From: Candidatus Omnitrophota bacterium
GTDB lineage: Bacteria; Omnitrophota; Gorgyraeia; Zapsychrales; Fredricksoniimonadaceae
Direction: 5' to 3'
Length of the DNA: 64,000 nucleotides
Assembly: GCA_903861305.1 (NCBI GenBank)
Contig: CAIOTT010000056.1
Coordinates: 5,918 to 69,917 of the forward strand
Shown here: in pieces, positions 19,100-27,617 of the stretch
Layout: every line of letters begins with the position of its first letter
How positions within the stretch are numbered: the stretch's first letter is position 1
Notes under the pieces: model-generated
The model's database searches: none
Told to the model about the DNA's origin: nothing
What the model saw: the letters and a program-made list of their open reading frames with translations, nothing else
Program-made: the position numbers and the translations under genes

Positions 19100-21057
19100 A
19101 TCACAGCCATCAGGGCCATGGTCGCGGCAAAACCCCACAGCGGCACCAGAAAAAGCCCGGCACACAACGCCCCGGCCCCCGCCCCGATAACATCAGCCGC
19201 GTAAACTTTACCCGCTCGCCCTTCACCCGCCATGACCGTGAACAATCCGAACTGTATCCCCGCGGCGACCCCCGCAAGGACTGGAAAGCCCCACAAGAAC
19301 GCCGGCCATCCCAGACCCGCGATGAACAGCACGGCCAGCAAGGCCTGCAACCCCGGGCCCGCCGGCACAGCCCATCTCAACGGGATCAGGGACAATATCC
19401 TTGTGCCCAGGAACGCCCCCAGCATGAACCCCGCGGTCAAAAGCCCTACCGCCGCGTAGGCATACCCGAAAAAAGCCTGGACGGCAAAAATGACAGCGAC
19501 CTGAAAGACCATTTGCGTAAAACCCATAAGCCCGGCCCCGATGAAAGGCACCGCGCAGGGATAGAACATTGAGGCCACGATCAAGGCGCACGGCAACAGC
19601 AGCCACAGGAATTTTGGCGACCCTTCCACAGCCTCGACGATCTTTGAAAAGACGCCGCCATACCCGCTCGTCATGAACAGGAAGGAACGCTCGACCGTCA
19701 CAGGGCGTTCGTCCGTGCCCACCTCGCGGGCGCCGTCCATCCAGTCCCGGACCGCGTCCATCCGCAAAGGGCTCATGCGGTCATTCAGGTAATACCCCCG
19801 CATGAACTGCGTCACGATCTTGCGTTCCTGCAAGCGCCGGACAAGAAGGTCTGCCGTAAGGACCGGGATGTGATCGCCGGCGATAAATGTCATTTTATCT
19901 CCAGGGATAACCCGCACATCCTTGAAAACCGCCGACAAAGTGGCCATCACCGAACGCGCGTAGGCCATGCCCTGGCGGTTAAGGGAATCCGCGGATGAAC
20001 TGATCGTCACGGACACAAGGCCGCCACGGCTCAAATGCCGGCGTGCCAGGGAAAAAAACTCGCGCGTGAAGAAACGCCCCGTCAGCAGGGCGGCCGGGTC
20101 ACCCCCGTTCACCGCGATGACATCATAAAGGTCCGGCGCATGATCAAGCGATGTCCTGGGATCGCCGGCCATAACCACAAGCCGCGGGTCACGCACCTCG
20201 GCGATATAGTCACGCTCAAGACGAAGCGCCTGCGGATCAAGCTCCGCGTAATCAAGCTGCTGCAGCGGATGCTTTAGCGCTTCCGCGCCAGCCTGCGACA
20301 TGCCGCCGCCGATCAAGAACATCCTGCGCGGCGCGGGATGGATGAGCAGTCCCGCATGGACCTCTTCAGCCGCAAGGGCATCCTGCGCGGTGAAAAGGTG
20401 TTTCCCGTTCTCAAAAAGGCTCCGCTGGCCACCTCGCTCCACGACGGAAAGTTGCCCATAATGCGTCTGGCGCGATGTTACGACCCTGTAGCCCGGCCAG
20501 GCGGCCTGCTGTGCCCATTGCGCCACACCACAGGGCAAGGGAACGAAGAAAACAAACGTCATCAGCAGCCCGCCCGCCACAAAACCAAGCGCCTCAGCCC
20601 CGTAAACCCTCACCGCCGCCCGATCGGTCCCGCCAGCTTTGGCCAGGATCGCGAAAGACGCGCCCAGCGCCATGGTGAGCGGCAATAAAAGCCCTGCCGC
20701 AGCCACAGCCACGCTGCCTGGCGGCGCGATACTGCCCAGGGGAATGCCCAGCGCCGGTTTGAGAAGCATGGCCCCAAGAACGGTCAGCGGAAGCAATAAT
20801 ACGCAAGAGATCAAAAGGATAAAAGCGAGGCGGCGATCACAGGACCGGGTGACCGCACTGCCCGCGGCAATGCCCGCCAGCCAAGCCCCGAGGACAACAG
20901 CAAAAACGAATTCGTTGCCGCTGAAGGCCGTCATCAGCGCGCGGATCAGGATGACCTGGGCCAGTGCGGCTAAAAAGCCCAGGATGCCCGCGAGCGGCAG
21001 AACACCTGAGATCGAAAAATATCTGGCTGGATCATTTCTTTTCATGGCAGTCACCAA
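19054..21057 (-). CDS. Fused polytopic membrane / spermidine-synthase-like (polyamine aminopropyltransferase family) protein
   Basis: 667 aa. N- and C-terminal multi-TM regions flank a soluble Rossmann-type region (MFLIGGGMSQAGAEALKHP...YAELDPQAL...YDVIAVNGGDP) typical of spermidine-synthase-like domains. Confidence 0.7.
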   Translation of the reverse strand: MVTAMKRNDPARYFSISGVLPLAGILGFLAALAQVILIRALMTAFSGNEFVFAVVLGAWLAGIAAGSAVTRSCDRRLAFILLISCVLLLPLTVLGAMLLKPALGIPLGSIAPPGSVAVAAAGLLLPLTMALGASFAILAKAGGTDRAAVRVYGAEALGFVAGGLLMTFVFFVPLPCGVAQWAQQAAWPGYRVVTSRQTHYGQLSVVERGGQRSLFENGKHLFTAQDALAAEEVHAGLLIHPAPRRMFLIGGGMSQAGAEALKHPLQQLDYAELDPQALRLERDYIAEVRDPRLVVMAGDPRTSLDHAPDLYDVIAVNGGDPAALLTGRFFTREFFSLARRHLSRGGLVSVTISSSADSLNRQGMAYARSVMATLSAVFKDVRVIPGDKMTFIAGDHIPVLTADLLVRRLQERKIVTQFMRGYYLNDRMSPLRMDAVRDWMDGAREVGTDERPVTVERSFLFMTSGYGGVFSKIVEAVEGSPKFLWLLLPCALIVASMFYPCAVPFIGAGLMGFTQMVFQVAVIFAVQAFFGYAYAAVGLLTAGFMLGAFLGTRILSLIPLRWAVPAGPGLQALLAVLFIAGLGWPAFLWGFPVLAGVAAGIQFGLFTVMAGEGRAGKVYAADVIGAGAGALCAGLFLVPLWGFAATMALMAVISLLMYLRTCKSALP

Positions 21058-21084
21058 AAGATCCGGAACATGTCCCGTTGCGTG

Positions 21085-21948
21085 TCAATGCGCAAAAGAT
21101 ATGACAAAGATACCGGCGACCATAAGGCCCACCGCGAACAGGCGCTCCCTGCCGCCCCCCTCTTTCAGGAACCACATCCCCCACAACGCGCTCATCATGA
21201 CACTGGTGCGCTTGATCGCGATCACATACGGCACAATGGTCAATTTAAGCGCGTTCATCTGGAACATCATGACCAGCGCCATGCAAAAGCCTATGGCCAC
21301 AAGCCACGGCCATACGCTGCGCACTTTGGCTTGCGCGTCCTTGACCTTGACGATCATGATGATCCCCAGGAGCACGGCCACCACTGCGTTGAGCGCCAGG
21401 CTCCAGGTCAAGGGCGAAGAATTGCGCACCCCGATCTTGTCGATGTTGCCGCCGATGCTGTAAAGGACCGCCACGATGAGCATGTAACGGCTGCCGCGCG
21501 CCTTGATGAGCCTGCGGAAAGGCGCCAGGACATTTTCCTGCTGGGGATGATAAAAAAGGACATAACACCCCAGGACGATCAGGACCATGCCAAGGATCCC
21601 CAAAGGTTTCGGGAATTCCCCGACAATGATCGGGGACGTAACCAGCAACAACAGTGGCGTGAAGCTCAGCATCGGGATGGTCAACGAAAGGTCGGACTGT
21701 TCAATGGACTTGAAAAAGAATACCGAGGAAACGGTTAGAACTAGCGCCGTGGCCAGAAGCGCGGGCCAGAACTCGACGTGCGGGGCAACGGGATGCTCCC
21801 AGATGCACAGCAGGCCAAGGAACGGCAGCGAAAAGAAACTCACCGCCCAGGCCGTGATATAAGGGCTCACACGCTTTGAAACACGCTTGGAAAGAATATC
21901 CTGCGCGGATGTGCAAACTGCTGTGAGGAAGGACAAAACAAGCCACAT
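21085..21948 (-). CDS. EamA/DMT-superfamily transporter
   Basis: 287 aa, about 10 TM helices in two EamA-like halves. Confidence 0.7.
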   Translation of the reverse strand: MWLVLSFLTAVCTSAQDILSKRVSKRVSPYITAWAVSFFSLPFLGLLCIWEHPVAPHVEFWPALLATALVLTVSSVFFFKSIEQSDLSLTIPMLSFTPLLLLVTSPIIVGEFPKPLGILGMVLIVLGCYVLFYHPQQENVLAPFRRLIKARGSRYMLIVAVLYSIGGNIDKIGVRNSSPLTWSLALNAVVAVLLGIIMIVKVKDAQAKVRSVWPWLVAIGFCMALVMMFQMNALKLTIVPYVIAIKRTSVMMSALWGMWFLKEGGGRERLFAVGLMVAGIFVISFAH

Positions 21949-21994
21949 GATAGGAGGTATTTTACCCGGATCGCAGGGGCCGGCATAGAAATAT

Positions 21995-22753
21995 CTATTT
22001 TTCTAACACAAAATCCGGATGGTACACACCCGTCAGCATCTGGTTCTTTTTGCCATGGGCCGGGACCTTGCGGACCTTGAAACCCTGCGCCTCGAGGCCG
22101 CGGCGCACAAATCCCGCCACGGTGAATGTGGACAAGGTCGTGCCGGGCTTGCTCAACACGGCCATGGCTTCAAACACCTGATCCGACCACATCGCTGGAT
22201 TCTTCGACGGCGCAAACCCGTCCAGAAACCACGCGTCAGCGCCCTGCGGCGCCAGATCTTCTGCCTTGATACGCTTGAGCGCGGCTGGCGCATCATCAAA
22301 GACAATGGTCAAACGGACCCTGCGGTCATGGAAATACCAGTCACGGACAAGCCCGGGTAAAGGCTCATACTGCGCGGCCAATTCCTGGCCCAATGCGGCC
22401 AGCGCCGGCCAGAGCGCCAGGGCCCGGGCTATATCCTTCTTCTGCAAGGGATACAATTCAAGCGACACAAAATGCAAATTCCAGGAAGGCGGCGCGCACT
22501 GCTCCCACAATTGCCGGGCGCAGCAGAAATCCAGCCCCGTGCCAAAGCCGGTCTCCATGATAGTGAACGTCCCTGGACATACAGGGTCGAGCGCTGAAAA
22601 ACGCTCCTGAAGGGAATTGCCGCGGCAGCAAACGTGCACTGCTTCAACGTAGCCATTATCCTGGCAGAAATACTGGTCATTGAACGCGATAGAATACGGC
22701 ACGCCGTTAGCACCCCAGCGCAAGCCGCCCGTGGGTGAGATCAACTGGCCCAT
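21995..22753 (-). CDS. mnmD: tRNA (mnm5s2U34) methyltransferase, MnmD / MnmC methyltransferase-domain type
   Basis: 252 aa. Contains TIMETGFGTGLDF and the diagnostic ADAWFLDGFAPSKNPAMWS motif. Confidence 0.75.
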   Translation of the reverse strand: MGQLISPTGGLRWGANGVPYSIAFNDQYFCQDNGYVEAVHVCCRGNSLQERFSALDPVCPGTFTIMETGFGTGLDFCCARQLWEQCAPPSWNLHFVSLELYPLQKKDIARALALWPALAALGQELAAQYEPLPGLVRDWYFHDRRVRLTIVFDDAPAALKRIKAEDLAPQGADAWFLDGFAPSKNPAMWSDQVFEAMAVLSKPGTTLSTFTVAGFVRRGLEAQGFKVRKVPAHGKKNQMLTGVYHPDFVLEK

Positions 22754-23454
22754 CGTCCGACCAAAGAATAGAAGTGCTCAGGGACCGGCGCATTGAACGT
22801 CACGCGGTCCTTTGTTTTGGGATGCGGGAAAGAGATCGCGTACGCGTGCAGCGCAAGGAAAGGATACTTGGCCCCCGGCCGGCCATACTTCGTATCACCG
22901 ACGAGCGGATGCCCGTGATGCGCCATGTGGACACGGATCTGGTTCTTGCGCCCGGTCAACAGGTCAATTTCAAGCAGGCTGTATCTGTCCGTCACCTTGA
23001 TAACTTTATACGCCGTGCGGGCGAGCTTGCCGTCTTCCGCTTCTTCCAGAGAATGCACGCGGTACTTGTCATCCTCGACCAGATAGCTTTCGATCAACCC
23101 CTCGGGCTTGGCCAGGCGCCCGTGCACAACGGCATAATATGTTTTTTTGGTATCAGGCCAGTTGTTCTTGAGGGTCTGCTGGATCGTTTCACTCTTCGCA
23201 AAAATGAGCACACCTGACGTTTCCCGGTCCAGCCGGTGCACAACGTAAACACAGCGGTGCGAACGGGAATTGCCCTTGCGCACGTAAAGATTGAGAAGCT
23301 GGTGAACGGTCCGCTCACGTTCATACATCGCGGCGACGGTGAGAAGGCCAGCCGCCTTGTTGCCAACGATGATGTCATCGTCCTCATAAAGAATGTGAAA
23401 ACCTTTGGGCTGATGCTTTCCCGAGACAGGTTTATTGGTATGCCGCGCCATCAT
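22741..23454 (-). CDS. RluA-family pseudouridine synthase
   Basis: 237 aa with catalytic motif HRLDRETSGVLIFAK. Its start overlaps the stop of giant gene P2 by 4 nt. Confidence 0.85.
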   Translation of the reverse strand: MMARHTNKPVSGKHQPKGFHILYEDDDIIVGNKAAGLLTVAAMYERERTVHQLLNLYVRKGNSRSHRCVYVVHRLDRETSGVLIFAKSETIQQTLKNNWPDTKKTYYAVVHGRLAKPEGLIESYLVEDDKYRVHSLEEAEDGKLARTAYKVIKVTDRYSLLEIDLLTGRKNQIRVHMAHHGHPLVGDTKYGRPGAKYPFLALHAYAISFPHPKTKDRVTFNAPVPEHFYSLVGRWAS

Positions 23455-26400
23455 TTTCCTTCCATGGCCGCTGCTCCGGCGCCGTTGAACAAAGGCAGTC
23501 CCGCCGCCGGACGTATGTTCACGATAACCGGCACCAGGCCGTCGATGTGGATATTGTCCAGGTCCTGCTGGGCTACCGGCAAAGGCACCCCGGCGCCGTC
23601 GCGTTTGATCTGCATGTCGAGATTGGAGGCGGCGAAGTCGATACCGCCTGGCTGAACAACTTTCTCTGCCATGTCAGAAGACCCTGAATTTGATCCAGTT
23701 ACTTTGCGTTTCGATGTTGTTGCGGCCTGATCAGGAAACCGTCTTATATCTTCTATGGGTCGTTCAGATTTAATTAATAGCCAGTCGTCTCCCCTGAATG
23801 ATATCCCATCAATCCCATAAATGTAAGCCACAACATCAATCAAATAAGGTGCCAAATGCCATAAATTATGATCAAATTCATCGTTATCAAAAACTTTAAA
23901 CATCTCATTGCGAATTAAAGATACGGAACTATCAGACACGACATCCCCATCAAATGAAATCTTGACCCAGGAATCTGATTCCTGTAAAAATTTTAACAAT
24001 GCCCTGTTCCCATTATTAACAAAAGTCCAAATGGATCTTCCATTAAAATAAGATTCCGCCTTACCCCACGAAAATCCATCACGACAAATATGCTCGACAT
24101 CTTCGGGCGATTGAGTAACTCGCTTATGATTAACCTCATGGAACAATTCAAGAATTTTTCTTTCTCTACCAGAATAATACGATCCCATCTCCAGGACAAA
24201 CTTTGCCAACTTCTTGCTCTGAATTAATGCCTGCCGCAACGTTTTTTTGGAACCTTTTTTAAACGGCTCATCCAACGTTATAAAAATATATGGCATTTCA
24301 GCGATAGCTTGACCCAACAATCCCGGCATCAGCTTCATACCGACAGAATTGAACAATGTAAAATTGTTATTCTGCGTATCATTCCGCAACCAAACCTCTT
24401 CTCCTCCCGGAGCCACAAAGCGCAAGTTGAACTCAAGCCGCGCGAAGGCTGACGGAGGGGTAAACCTTGCTTCCAGGATATAATTACCATCCCCGTCACG
24501 CTCATCCGTGGCCGTCAATACGAGCGGCAGGTCACTTTCAGGCGCAGACCAGTCACGATAACTGATACCTCCTTCGTCAATATCAACATGGCTGAAACGT
24601 ACAGATCCTTTTATACTCTTAAGATATCTGTCAAGACGCTCACGGGGCATCTGTTTGTCATTCAACGCCATGGCGAACCTGAGGGCGACCTGCCCTTGCT
24701 TGTCGACAACGACTTCGGAGCCATTTGGCTGCTGGATATGCCCTGACCAGATCAACTTTACCGCAGATAAATCACTCGCCACATCCATTGCGGTCTGGCT
24801 TTGATCCGGAACATTCTTTTTCAATTCAGCCACACGATCCTCAATATATTCGGAGAGCGTCATGGACAACACGCGGAAATCAGCATGTTCGTATTGCTTG
24901 CGGATCGGCATCCCCATTTTCAACAGGGCCACGAATGACATTGCGTCCGTCATCGATGCCGCGCCGCGCCCGAAGGGATTGGCCTGGATGAACCACCACT
25001 CATATTCAGCGAGCGCCGCCAGACGAGCATCCCTGGTCAATGACTCATCCATCACGCTATCCCAGCATTCTGTTAAACGCCGCATAATGGCGGGCACATC
25101 CGCGTGCTCTGCATGATAAAGCCTGATCCTTCCATCGTCCTTGACAACTATCATCTGGCGATAGAACTTCCCGGTCTTCCCGATCTCTTGCAAGACATAA
25201 TACCTTACCATGTCAGGAAGGGTCTCTTTGACAAAACCTTCCAGAGCAAGCCGCTTGCGCACCTTATCATATAATTGCCCATACCTGCCGGACGGGCTCA
25301 TGGGCGTATTCGGGACACCCCAGCCCTTGTCTTTAGCGAAACCCAGCAACCGGCTCGTTAACGCATCACGCAAAATGAGCGCGAACTTATACTCATCGAA
25401 ATCCGGGTCCAGCAGCACCACTGACAATCGCGCTTTATACACCAGACCCAATATCGGTAAATGTTTCTTTTCGGAGTCCCTGGCCAGAAAGGCCGCGGCC
25501 GCTGCCATGACTGCGCCGAATTCATCGTTCGAATGGAACTTTGAATCTTCCTCGACGCTGATCGCCGTGCGGATCTTTTCCTGCAAGGGGTCATCTGGAT
25601 CAAAATCGGGCACACGGGACTTATGGAACCGCAACCTCTTATCCCAGGGGCCTTTGGCAGCGTCATCGGAACTATCGAACGTCATCGACCCGTCCGCTTG
25701 ATCGCCGACGGAAGGCCCTTCATGATGCTTTTTGAGGCCCTTAGTTAATTCGGCGGATCGATCCGCCTTGTACTCCGGCAAGGTCATCGATAAGGCGCGA
25801 AAATCAAGGTGTTCAAATCTCGCGCGTAACGGCAAACCCATCTTAGATTGGGCCACCAGCGACATCGCGTCCCCGATCGACGCACCACCGCGCCCGAAAG
25901 GATTCGCCTGGAAAAACCACCACTCGTATTCCGCCAGGGCCGACACGCGCTGGTCCTTATCAAGATCATCCGCCATCATCTTGTCCCACAATTGCTGCAA
26001 ATGGGCCAGGATCGAAGGAATGATGATATCCGGCGCTTTATAGATACGGACCTTTTCGTTATAACGTTCCAATACTTGCCAATAGGACTCCCCGGTCGCT
26101 CCGATCTCCTGCGCGCGCGTATAACGCGTCCCTTCGGGAATAGACTCCATATTAAAGCCTTCCGCCGCAAGCCGCTGGCACAGCATCACATATAATACGG
26201 CGTAGCGCCCCTTGCTCGATATGTCGGAGTACCGAACCCCCCGCTGTTCATCCGGCAACCCCAGCAACCTGGTATTGACAGCGGCCCTCAGTGAATCTTC
26301 AACAGGCCGTTCCGCCAGCACTGCCCTATTCGATGCCGCCAGTAATCTTGCCTGGAATATGGCGCTTAACACCCACATATGCCTTTTTTCGTGCTCCCTG

Positions 26401-27617
26401 CATAAAGAAAAAATGGTCGCCGCCATATATTTTACGAACAAGGGATTCAGGTTGAACCTTGAGTCCCCCAGGTCAAAAATGGACCTGCGGATACTCTGAT
26501 ATAACGGATCAAATAGATCCACCTCTGGAATGACATACGCTGATCCCAGCGTCTTCCTGAAAACTTCACCCGGCATCGCTTCTGCCCTCTTCAACATCAC
26601 CTCACTGGCATCGATCTTCCCGGCGTCCGCCATATCCTTCGCTGACAACCTTGCGGTTCGCTCAACGATCTTCTCGAACATCGCCCCGTCCGCGACCATG
26701 CCGCCCGAAAAATATTTACGCGGGATAACCTCCTGCGTGAACCGGTCCATATCTTCCTTGATCATGTTGCAAGCGCCGGCCTTGAACGCGGCGACGTACT
26801 GTGCATAAATCTTCTGGTTATTGGCAGGGTTTTGATCGATACCTTTGACTTTAGACCGGTCCGCGTACACATGCGCCAGGATAGAATTTTTTAGCGCGCG
26901 TTTGTACCACGCGGCCAGGAGCATCCCGCTGTACACCTGGCGGAGTTTGGCAAAATTTTTGCCTTCATTCACTTCTTTTTCTATCGCCGGGACAATGATC
27001 GAACGCATGACTTCCTGAGAAATAGCAGCGGACCCGTTTTCATCCGAAGGTGTGCTGCCGGAACCGCCTGCTTTGGCTGCAAGGTAATCCTTTTCCATCA
27101 TGACTTTCAGGTGATGCTCAAGGACATAGACCGTGTTCCCCTTCTCATAAAGCACTGCTTTATCAGGGGTGATCCAAACCTTGTTGAAAATGTCGGTCGG
27201 GATATCCGTTGTGCCGAATTTCTGATACGCGCGGCTGTAAACCCCATCCCAGAACTTCCTGCCAAGCTCTGTATCAGGGTTGGTCAATGACGCTGCGACC
27301 TGTTTGAGCAGATAGTCTTGCGCCAGAAGGTCGCGGCCCATCGCGGTGAAGCCAAAATTGTCCGGGATAATACGGTCTTTTTCATAAGGTGAGAGGTTCA
27401 CCCACTGGTCCGTGTCGGGAATGGCCAAAGACGCCAGGAAATACCTGATCAACCGGGGATACGCTACCCGTTTCTGTTCCTCCGTCATCGGCTCGTCGCC
27501 GCGGTGAATAAGAAAATCAAGCTTGAAAGGATCGGACGGATCGATGACCATGCCCTTGAGATGGGCGGGCGTGAATGCGGGCATGAGGGCGGTCACGGCA
27601 CCAGGCCATCGATACAA
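23451..27617 (-). CDS. Giant protein P2 (up to 1388 aa), paralog 2 of 5: N-cap lacking a signal peptide, two ~310 aa modules, AT-rich unique region, C-cap
   Basis: The N-cap begins abruptly at ...PGAVTALMPAFTPAHLKGMVIDPSDPFKLDFLI, then WVNLSPYEKDRIIPDNFG and so on. The C-cap is PGGIDFAASNLDMQIKRDGAGVPLP...IDGLVPVIVNIRPAAGLPLF. The track start at 27617 is a TTG with no RBS, and the first ATG is at 27584, so the start is uncertain. Confidence 0.7.
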   Translation of the reverse strand: MYRWPGAVTALMPAFTPAHLKGMVIDPSDPFKLDFLIHRGDEPMTEEQKRVAYPRLIRYFLASLAIPDTDQWVNLSPYEKDRIIPDNFGFTAMGRDLLAQDYLLKQVAASLTNPDTELGRKFWDGVYSRAYQKFGTTDIPTDIFNKVWITPDKAVLYEKGNTVYVLEHHLKVMMEKDYLAAKAGGSGSTPSDENGSAAISQEVMRSIIVPAIEKEVNEGKNFAKLRQVYSGMLLAAWYKRALKNSILAHVYADRSKVKGIDQNPANNQKIYAQYVAAFKAGACNMIKEDMDRFTQEVIPRKYFSGGMVADGAMFEKIVERTARLSAKDMADAGKIDASEVMLKRAEAMPGEVFRKTLGSAYVIPEVDLFDPLYQSIRRSIFDLGDSRFNLNPLFVKYMAATIFSLCREHEKRHMWVLSAIFQARLLAASNRAVLAERPVEDSLRAAVNTRLLGLPDEQRGVRYSDISSKGRYAVLYVMLCQRLAAEGFNMESIPEGTRYTRAQEIGATGESYWQVLERYNEKVRIYKAPDIIIPSILAHLQQLWDKMMADDLDKDQRVSALAEYEWWFFQANPFGRGGASIGDAMSLVAQSKMGLPLRARFEHLDFRALSMTLPEYKADRSAELTKGLKKHHEGPSVGDQADGSMTFDSSDDAAKGPWDKRLRFHKSRVPDFDPDDPLQEKIRTAISVEEDSKFHSNDEFGAVMAAAAAFLARDSEKKHLPILGLVYKARLSVVLLDPDFDEYKFALILRDALTSRLLGFAKDKGWGVPNTPMSPSGRYGQLYDKVRKRLALEGFVKETLPDMVRYYVLQEIGKTGKFYRQMIVVKDDGRIRLYHAEHADVPAIMRRLTECWDSVMDESLTRDARLAALAEYEWWFIQANPFGRGAASMTDAMSFVALLKMGMPIRKQYEHADFRVLSMTLSEYIEDRVAELKKNVPDQSQTAMDVASDLSAVKLIWSGHIQQPNGSEVVVDKQGQVALRFAMALNDKQMPRERLDRYLKSIKGSVRFSHVDIDEGGISYRDWSAPESDLPLVLTATDERDGDGNYILEARFTPPSAFARLEFNLRFVAPGGEEVWLRNDTQNNNFTLFNSVGMKLMPGLLGQAIAEMPYIFITLDEPFKKGSKKTLRQALIQSKKLAKFVLEMGSYYSGRERKILELFHEVNHKRVTQSPEDVEHICRDGFSWGKAESYFNGRSIWTFVNNGNRALLKFLQESDSWVKISFDGDVVSDSSVSLIRNEMFKVFDNDEFDHNLWHLAPYLIDVVAYIYGIDGISFRGDDWLLIKSERPIEDIRRFPDQAATTSKRKVTGSNSGSSDMAEKVVQPGGIDFAASNLDMQIKRDGAGVPLPVAQQDLDNIHIDGLVPVIVNIRPAAGLPLFNGAGAAAMEGK
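24790..26560 (-). repeat. In-frame tandem duplication inside P2 (two modules, period ~930 nt)
   Basis: Both modules end in ALAEYEWWF(F/I)QANPFGRG(G/A)AS..DAMS...EH(L/A)DFR(A/V)LSMTL(P/S)EY (about 25861-25945 and 24930-25020). Approximate extents. Confidence 0.7.
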
